A program made the translations under genes and the position numbers. A stretch of DNA of 64,000 bases, taken from contig OZ024741.1 of the NCBI GenBank assembly GCA_964016885.1, positions 331,638,001 through 331,702,000 of the forward strand, in the 5' to 3' direction. The notes under the pieces are model-generated. The model made no database searches, was not told the DNA's origin, and was given only the letters and a program-made list of their open reading frames with translations. Positions 1 to 12,000 of this stretch are shown here, piece by piece (the stretch's first letter is position 1; each line of letters begins with the position of its first letter). This DNA comes from Eledone cirrhosa. Its lineage: Eukaryota.

Positions 1-3000
1 ATAACACCAACAGCAACACCAGTAACAACAACACCAGCAGCAACAATAATAACACCAACAACAACACCAGTAACAACAACACCAGTAACAACAATAATAA
101 CACCAACAGCAACACCAGTAACAACAACACCAGTAACAACAACACCAGTAACAACAACACCAGTAACAACAATAATAACACCAACAGCAACACCAGTAAC
201 AACAACACCAACAACAACACCAGTAACAACAACACCAGCAGCAACAATAATAACACCAACAGCAACACCAGTAACAACAACACCAGTAACAACAACACCA
301 GCAGCAACAATAATAACATCAACAGCAACACCAGTAACAACAACACCAGTAACAACAACACCAGCAGCAACAATAATAACACCAACAGCAACACCAGTAA
401 CAACAACACCAGCAGCAACAATAATAACACCAACAGCAACACCAGTAACAACAACACCAGTAACAACAACACCAGTAACAACAATAATAACACCAACAGC
501 AACACCAGTAACAACAACACCAGCAGCAACAATAATAACACCAACAGCAACACCAGTAACAACAACACCAGCAGCAACAATAATAACACCAACAGCAACA
601 CCAGTAACAACAACACCAGTAACAACAACACCAGTAACAACAATAATAACACCAACAGCAACACCAGTAACAACAACACCAGCAGCAACAATAATAACAC
701 CAACAGCAACAACAGTAACAACAACACCAGTAACAACAACACCAGTAACAACAATAATAACACCAACAGCAACACCAGTAACAACAACACCAGCAGCAAC
801 AATAATAACATCAACAGCAACACCAGTAACAACAACACCAGTAACAACAACACCAGTAACAACAACACCAGTAACAACAATAATAACACCAACAGCAACA
901 CCAGTAACAACAACGACAGCAGCAACAATAATAACATCAACAGCAACACCAGTAACAACAACACCAGTAACAACAATAATAACACCAACAGCAACACCAG
1001 TAACAACAACACCAACAACAACACCAGTAACAACAACACCAGCAACAACAATAATAACACCAACAGCAACACCAGTAACAACAACACCAGCAGCAACAAT
1101 AATAACATCAACAGCAACACCAGTAACAACAACACCAGTAACAACAATAATAACACCAACAGCAACACCAGTAACAACAACACCAACAACAACACCAGTA
1201 ACAACAACACCAGCAACAACAATAATAACACCAACAGCAACACCAGTAACAACAACACCAACAACAACACCAGTAACAACAACACCAGCAGCAACAATAA
1301 TAACACCAACAGCAACACCAGTAACAACAACACCAACAGCAACACCAGTAACAACAACACCAGCAACAACAATAATAACACCAACAGCAACACCAGTAAC
1401 AACAACACCAGCAGCAACGATAATAACATCAACAGCAACACCAGTAACAACAACACCAGTAACAACAACACCAGTAACAACAATAATAACACCAACAGCA
1501 ACACCAGTAACAACAACGACAGCAGCAACAATAATAACATCAACAGCAACACCAGTAACAACAACACCAGTAACAACAATAATAACACCAACAGCAACAC
1601 CAGTAACAACAACACCAACAACAACACCAGTAACAACAACACCAGCAACAACAATAATAACACCAACAGCAACACCAGTAACAACAACACCAGCAGCAAC
1701 AATAATAACATCAACAGCAACACCAGTAACAACAACACCAGTAACAACAATAATAACACCAACAGCAACACCAGTAACAACAACGACAGCAGCAACAATA
1801 ATAACATCAACAGCAACACCAGTAACAACAACACCAGTAACAACAATAATAACACCAACAGCAACACCAGTAACAACAACACCAACAACAACAACAGTAA
1901 CAACAACACCAGTAACAACAATAATAACACCAACAGCAACACCAGTAACAACAACACCAGCAGCAACAATAATAACATCAACAGCAACACCAGTAACAAC
2001 AACACCAGTAACAACAACACCAGTAACAACAATAATAACACCAACAGCAACACCAGTAACAACAACGACAGCAGCAACAATAATAACACCAACAGCAACA
2101 CCAGTAACAACAACACCAACAACAACACCAGTAACAACAACACCAGCAACAACAATAATAACACCAACAGCAACACCAGTAACAACAACACCAGCAGCAA
2201 CAATAATAACACCAACAGCAACACCAGTAACAACAACACCAACAACAACACCAGTAACAACAACACCAGCAGCAACAATAATAACATCAACAGCAACACC
2301 AGTAACAACAACACCAGTAACAACAACACCAGTAACAACAATAATAACACCAACAGCAACACCAGTAACAACAACGACAGCAGCAACAATAATAACATCA
2401 ACAGCAACACCAGTAACAACAACACCAGCAACAACAATAATAACACCAACAGCAACACCAGTAACAACAACACCAGCAGCAACAATAATAACACCAACAG
2501 CAACACCAGTAACAACAACACCAACAACAACACCAGTAACAACAACACCAGCAACAACAATAATAATCCCAACAGCAACACCAGTAACAACAACGACAGC
2601 AGCAACAATAATAACATCAACAGCAACACCAGTAACAACAACACCAGTAACAACAATAATAACACCAACAGCAACACCAGTAACAACAACACCAACAACA
2701 ACACCAGTAACAACAACACCAGCAGCAACAATAATAACACCAACAGCAACACCAGTAACAACAACACCAACAACAACACCAGTAACAACAACACCAGCAA
2801 CAACAATAATAACACCAACAGCAACACCAGTAACAACAACACCAGCAGCAACAATAATAACACCAACAGCAACACCAGTAACAACAACACCAGCAGCAAC
2901 AATAATAACATCAACAGCAACACCAGTAACAACAACACCAGTAACAACAATAATAACACCAACAGCAACACCAGTAACAACAACACCAGCAGCAACAATA

Positions 3001-6000
3001 ATAACACCAACAGCAACACCAGTAACAACAACGACAGCAGCAACAATAATAACTCCAACAGCAACACCAGTAACAACAACGACAGCAGCAACAATAATAA
3101 CACCAACAGCAACACCAGTAACAACAACGACAGCAGCAACAATAATAACACCAACAGCAACACCAGTAACAACAACGACAGCAGCAACAATAATAACACC
3201 AACAGCAACACCAGTAACAACAACGACAGCAGCAACAATAATAACATCAACAGCAACACCAGTAACAACAACACCAGTAACAACAATAATAACACCAACA
3301 GCAACACCAGTAACAACAACACCAGTAACAACAACACCAGCAGCAACAATAATAACATCAACAGCAACACCAGTAACAACAACACCAACAACAACACCAG
3401 TAACAACAACACCAGCAACAACAATAATAACACCAACAGCAACACCAGTAACAACAACACCAGCAGCAACAATAATAACACCAACAGCAACACCAGTAAC
3501 AACAACACCAGTAACAACAACACCAGTAACAACAATAATAACACCAACAGCAACACCAGTAACAACAACGACAGCAGCAACAATAATAACACCAACAGCA
3601 ACACCAGTAACAACAACGACAGCAGCAACAATAATAACACCAACAGCAACACCAGTAACAACAACACCAGCAGCAACAATAATAACACCAACAGCAACAC
3701 CAGTAACAACAACACCAGTAACAACAATAATAACACCAACAGCAACACCAGTAACAACAACGACAGCAGCAACAATAATAACACCAACAGCAACACCAGT
3801 AACAACAACACCAGCAGCAACAATAATAACACCAACAGCAACACCAGTAACAACAACACCAGTAACAACAACACCAGCAGCAACAATAATAACACCAACA
3901 GCAACACCAGTAACAACAACACCAACAGCAACACCAGTAACAACAACACCAGCAGCAACAATAATAACACCAACAGCAACACCAGTAACAACAACACCAG
4001 TAACAACAATAATAACACCAACAGCAACACCAGTAACAACAACGACAGCAGCAACAATAATAACACCAACAGCAACACCAGTAACAACAACACCAACAGC
4101 AACACCAGTAACAACAACACCAGCAGCAACAATAATAACACCAACAGTAACACCAGTAACAACAACACCAACAGCAACACCAGTAACAACAACACCAGCA
4201 GCAACAATAATAACACCAACAGCAACACCAGTAACAACAACACCAGTAACAACAATAATAACACCAACAGCAACACCAGTAACAACAACGACAGCAGCAA
4301 CAATAATAACACCAACAGCAACACCAGTAACAACAACACCAACAGCAACACCAGTAACAACAACACCAGCAGCAACAATAATAACACCAACAGTAACACC
4401 AGTAACAACAACACCAACAGCAACACCAGTAACAACAACACCAGCAGCAACAATAATAACACCAACAGCAACACCAGTAACAACAACACCAGTAACAACA
4501 ATAATAACACCAACAGCAACACCAGTAACAACAACGACAGCAGCAACAATAATAACACCAACAGCAACACCAGTAACAACAACACCAACAGCAACACCAG
4601 TAACAACAACACCAGCAGCAACAATAATAACACCAACAGTAACACCAGTAACAACAACACCAACAGCAACACCAGTAACAACAACACCAGCAGCAACAAT
4701 AATAACACCAACAGCAACACCAGTAACAACAACACCAGTAACAACAATAATAACACCAACAGCAACACCAGTAACAACAACGACAGCAGCAACAATAATA
4801 ACACCAACAGCAACACCAGTAACAACAACACCAACAGCAACACCAGTAACAACAACACCAGCAGCAACAATAATAACACCAACAGTAACACCAGTAACAA
4901 CAACACCAACAGCAACACCAGTAACAACAACACCAGCAGCAACAATAATAACACCAACAGCAACACCAGTAACAACAACACCAGTAACAACAATAATAAC
5001 ACCAACAGCAACACCAGTAACAACAACGACAGCAGCAACAATAATAACACCAACAGCAACACCAGTAACAACAACACCAACAGCAACACCAGTAACAACA
5101 ACACCAGCAGCAACAATAATAACACCAACAGTAACACCAGTAACAACAACACCAACAGCAACACCAGTAACAACAACACCAGCAGCAACAATAATAACAC
5201 CAACAGCAACACCAGTAACAACAACACCAGCAGCAACAATAATAACACCAACAGTAACACCAGTAACAACAACACCAACAGCAACACCAGTAACAACAAC
5301 ACCAGCAGCAACAATAATAACACCAACAGCAACACCAGTAACAACAACACCAGTAACAACAATAATAACACCAACAGCAACACCAGTAACAACAACACCA
5401 GCAGCAACAATAATAACACCAACAGCAACACCAGTAACAACAACACCAGTAACAACAATAATAACACCAACAGCAACACCAGTAACAACAACACCAGCAG
5501 CAACAATAATAACACCAACAGCAACACCAGTAACAACAACACCAGCAGCAACAATAATAACACCAACAGCAACACCAGTAACAACAACACCAGTAACAAC
5601 AATAATAACACCAACAGCAACACCAGTAACAACAACACCAGCAGCAACAACAACAACACCAACAGCAACACCAGTAACAACAACGACAGCAGCAACAATA
5701 ATAACACCAACAGCAACACCAGTAACAACAACACCAGTAACAACAATAATAACACCAACAGCAACACCAGTAACAACAACACCAGCAGCAACAATAATAA
5801 CACCAACAGCAACACCAGTAACAACAACACCAACAGCAACACCAGTAACAACAACGACAGCAGCAACAATAATAACACCAACAGCAACACCAGTAACAAC
5901 AACACCAGTAACAACAATAATAACACCAACAGCAACACCAGTAACAACAACACCAGCAGCAACAATAATAACACCAACAGCAACACCAGTAACAACAACA

Positions 6001-9000
6001 CCAACAGCAACACCAGTAACAACAACGACAGCAGCAACAATAATAACACCAACAGCAACACCAGTAACAACAACACCAGCAGCAACAATAATAACACCAA
6101 CAGCAACACCAGTAACAACAACGACAGCAGCAACAATAATAACACCAACAGCAACACCAGTAACAACAACACCAGCAGCAACAACAATAACACCAACAGC
6201 AACACCAGTAACAACAACACCAGTAACAACAATAATAACACCAACAGCAACACCAGTAACAACAACACCAGTAACAACAATAATAACACCAACAGCAACA
6301 CCAGTAACAACAACACCAGCAGCAACAATAATAACACCAACAGCAACACCAGTAACAACAACACCAGCAACAACAATAATAACACCAACAGCAACACCAG
6401 TAACAACAACACCAGTAACAACAATAATAACACCAACAGCAACACCAGTAACAACAACACCAGCAGCAACAACAACAACACCAACAGCAACACCAGTAAC
6501 AACAACGACAGCAGCAACAATAATAACACCAACAGCAACACCAGTAACAACAACACCAGTAACAACAATAATAACACCAACAGCAACACCAGTAACAACA
6601 ACACCAGCAGCAACAACAACAACACCAACAGCAACACCAGTAACAACAACGACAGCAGCAACAATAATAACACCAACAGCAACACCAGTAACAACAACAC
6701 CAGTAACAACAATAATAACACCAACAACAACACCAGTAACAACAACACCAGCAGCAACAATAATAACACCAACAGCAACACCAGTAACAACAACACCAAC
6801 AGCAACACCAGTAACAACAATAATAACACCAACAACAACACCAGTAACAACAACACCAGCAGCAACAATAATAACACCAACAGCAACACCAGTAACAACA
6901 ACACCAACAACAACACCAGTAACAACAATAATAACACCAACAGCAACACCAGTAACAACAACGACAGCAGCAACAATAATAACACCAACAGCAACACCAG
7001 TAACAACAACACCAGTAACAACAATAATAACACCAACAACAACACCAGTAACAACAACACCAGCAACAACAATAATAACACCAACAGCAACACCAGTAAC
7101 AACAACGACAGCAACAACAATAATAACTCCAACAGCAACACCAGTAACAACAACACCAACAACAACACCAGTAACAACAACAACACCAGCAGCAACAATA
7201 ATAACTCCAACAGCAACACCAGTAACAACAACACCAGTAACAACAATAATAACACCAACAGCAACACCAGTAACAACAACACCAGTAACAACAATAATAA
7301 CACCAACAGCAACACCAGTAACAACAACACCAGTAACAACAATAATAACACCAACAGCAACACCAGTAACAACAACGACAGCAACAACAATAATAACTCC
7401 AACAGCAACACCAGTAACAACAACACCAACAACAACACCAGTAACAACAACAACACCAGCAGCAACAATAATAACTCCAACAGCAACACCAGTAACAACA
7501 ACAACACCAGCAGCAACAATAATAACTCCAACAGCAACACCAGTAACAACAACACCAGCAGCAACAACAATAACACCAACAGCAACACCAGTAACAACAA
7601 CACCAGCAACAACAATAATAACACCAATAGCAACACCAGTAACAACAACACCAGTAACAACAATAATAACACCAACAGCAACACCAGTAACAACAACACC
7701 AGCAGCAACAATAATAACACCAACAGCAACACCAGTAACAACAACACCAGCAGCAACAATAATAACACCAACAGCAACACCAGTAACAACAACACCAGCA
7801 ACAACAATAATAACACCAATAGCAACACCAGTAACAACAACACCAGCAACAACAATAATAACATCAACAGCAACACCAGTAACAACAACACCAGTAACAA
7901 CAATAATAACACCAACAGCAACACCAGTAACAACAACACCAGCAGCAACAATAATAACACCAACAGCAACACCAGTAACAACAACACCAGTAACAACAAT
8001 AATAACACCAACAGCAACACCAGTAACAACAACACCAGCAACAACAATAATAACACCAACAGCAACACCAGTAACAACAACACCAGTAACAACAATAATA
8101 ACACCAACAGCAACACCAGTAACAACAACACCAGCAGCAACAATAATAACACCAACAGCAACACCAGTAACAACAACACCAGTAACAACAATAATAACAC
8201 CAACAGCAACACCAGTAACAACAACACCAGCAACAACAATAATAACACCAACAGCAACACCAGTAACAACAACACCAGTAACAACAATAATAACACCAAC
8301 AGCAACACCAGTAACAACAACACCAGCAACAACAATAATAACACCAACAGCAACACCAGTAACAACAACACCAGCAACAACAATAATAACACCAACAGCA
8401 ACACCAGTAACAACAACACCAGTAACAACAATAATAACACCAACAGCAACACCAGTAACAACAACACCAGCAACAACAATAATAACACCAACAGCAACAC
8501 CAGTAACAACAACACCAGCAACAACAATAATAACACCAATAGCAACACCAGTAACAACAACACCAGTAACAACAATAATAACTCCAACAGCAACACCAGT
8601 AACAACAACACCAGCAGCAACAATAATAACACCAACAGCAACACCAGTAACAACAACACCAGCAACAACAATAATAACACCAATAGCAACACCAGTAACA
8701 ACAACACCAGTAACAACAATAATAACACCAACAGCAACACCAGTAACAACAACACCAGCAGCAACAATAATAACACCAACAACAACACCAGTAACAACAA
8801 CGACAGCAGCAACAATAATAACACCAACAGCAACACCAGTAACAACAACACCAGTAACAACAATAATAACACCAACAGCAACACCAGTAACAACAACACC
8901 AGTAACAACAATAATAACACCAACAGCAACACCAGTAACAACAACACCAGCAGCAACAATAATAACACCAACAACAACACCAGTAACAACAACGACAGCA

Positions 9001-12000
9001 GCAACAATAATAACTCCAACAGCAACACCAGTAACAACAACACCAGCAGCAACAATAATAACACCAACAGCAACACCAGTAACAACAACACCAGCAGCAA
9101 CAATAATAACTCCAACAGCAACACCAGTAACAACAACACCAGCAGCAACAATAATAACACCAACAGCAACACCAGTAACAACAACACCAGCAGCAACAAT
9201 AATAACACCAACAGCAACACCAGTAACAACAACACCAGCAGCAACAATAATAACACCAACAGCAACACCAGTAACAACAACACCAGTAACAACAATAATA
9301 ACACCAACAGCAACACCAGTAACAACAACACCAGTAACAACAACACCAGTAACAACAATAATAACACCAACAGCAACACCAGTAACAACAACACCAGTAA
9401 CAACAATAATAACACCAACAGCAACACCAGTAACAACAACGACAGCAACAACAATAATAACTCCAACAGCAACACCAGTAACAACAACACCAACAACAAC
9501 ACCAGTAACAACAACAACACCAGCAGCAACAATAATAACTCCAACAGCAACACCAGTAACAACAACAACACCAGCAGCAACAATAATAACTCCAACAGCA
9601 ACACCAGTAACAACAACACCAGCAGCAACAACAATAACACCAACAGCAACACCAGTAACAACAACACCAGCAACAACAATAATAACACCAATAGCAACAC
9701 CAGTAACAACAACACCAGTAACAACAATAATAACACCAACAGCAACACCAGTAACAACAACACCAGCAGCAACAATAATAACACCAACAGCAACACCAGT
9801 AACAACAACACCAGCAGCAACAATAATAACACCAACAGCAACACCAGTAACAACAACACCAGCAACAACAATAATAACACCAATAGCAACACCAGTAACA
9901 ACAACACCAGCAACAACAATAATAACATCAACAGCAACACCAGTAACAACAACACCAGTAACAACAATAATAACACCAACAGCAACACCAGTAACAACAA
10001 CACCAGCAGCAACAATAATAACACCAACAGCAACACCAGTAACAACAACACCAGTAACAACAATAATAACACCAACAGCAACACCAGTAACAACAACACC
10101 AGCAACAACAATAATAACACCAACAGCAACACCAGTAACAACAACACCAGTAACAACAATAATAACACCAACAGCAACACCAGTAACAACAACACCAGCA
10201 GCAACAATAATAACACCAACAGCAACACCAGTAACAACAACACCAGTAACAACAATAATAACACCAACAGCAACACCAGTAACAACAACACCAGCAACAA
10301 CAATAATAACACCAACAGCAACACCAGTAACAACAACACCAGTAACAACAATAATAACACCAACAGCAACACCAGTAACAACAACACCAGCAACAACAAT
10401 AATAACACCAACAGCAACACCAGTAACAACAACACCAGCAACAACAATAATAACACCAACAGCAACACCAGTAACAACAACACCAGTAACAACAATAATA
10501 ACACCAACAGCAACACCAGTAACAACAACACCAGCAACAACAATAATAACACCAACAGCAACACCAGTAACAACAACACCAGCAACAACAATAATAACAC
10601 CAATAGCAACACCAGTAACAACAACACCAGTAACAACAATAATAACTCCAACAGCAACACCAGTAACAACAACACCAGCAGCAACAATAATAACACCAAC
10701 AGCAACACCAGTAACAACAACACCAGCAACAACAATAATAACACCAATAGCAACACCAGTAACAACAACACCAGTAACAACAATAATAACACCAACAGCA
10801 ACACCAGTAACAACAACACCAGCAGCAACAATAATAACACCAACAACAACACCAGTAACAACAACGACAGCAGCAACAATAATAACACCAACAGCAACAC
10901 CAGTAACAACAACACCAGTAACAACAATAATAACACCAACAGCAACACCAGTAACAACAACACCAGTAACAACAATAATAACACCAACAGCAACACCAGT
11001 AACAACAACACCAGCAGCAACAATAATAACACCAACAACAACACCAGTAACAACAACGACAGCAGCAACAATAATAACTCCAACAGCAACACCAGTAACA
11101 ACAACACCAGCAGCAACAATAATAACACCAACAGCAACACCAGTAACAACAACACCAGCAGCAACAATAATAACTCCAACAGCAACACCAGTAACAACAA
11201 CACCAGCAGCAACAATAATAACACCAACAGCAACACCAGTAACAACAACACCAGCAGCAACAATAATAACACCAACAGCAACACCAGTAACAACAACACC
11301 AGCAGCAACAATAATAACACCAACAGCAACACCAGTAACAACAACACCAGTAACAACAATAATAATACCAACAGCAACACCAGTAACAACAACACCAGTA
11401 ACAACAATAATAACACCAACAGCAACACCAGTAACAACAACACCAGCAGCAACAATAATAACACCAACAGCAACACCAGTAACAACAACACCAGTAACAA
11501 CAATAATAACACCAACAACAACACCAGTAACAACAACGACAGCAGCAACAATAATAACACCAACAGCAACACCAGTAACAACAACACCAGCAGCAACAAT
11601 AATAACACCAACAGCAACACCAGTAACAACAACACCAGCAACAACAATAATAACACCAACAGCAACACCAGTAACAACAACACCAGCAGCAACAATAATA
11701 ACACCAACAGCAACACCAGTAACAACAACACCAGCAACAACAATAATAACACCAACAGCAACACCAGTAACAACAACACCAGCAGCAACAATAATAACAC
11801 CATCAGCAACACCAGTAACAACAACACCAGTAACAACAATAATAACACCAACAGCAACACCAGTAACAACAACGACAGCAGCAACAATAATAACATCAAC
11901 AGCAACACCAGTAACAACAACACCAGCAGCAACAATAATAACACCATCAGCAACACCAGTAACAACAACACCAGCATCAACAATAATAACACCAACAGCA

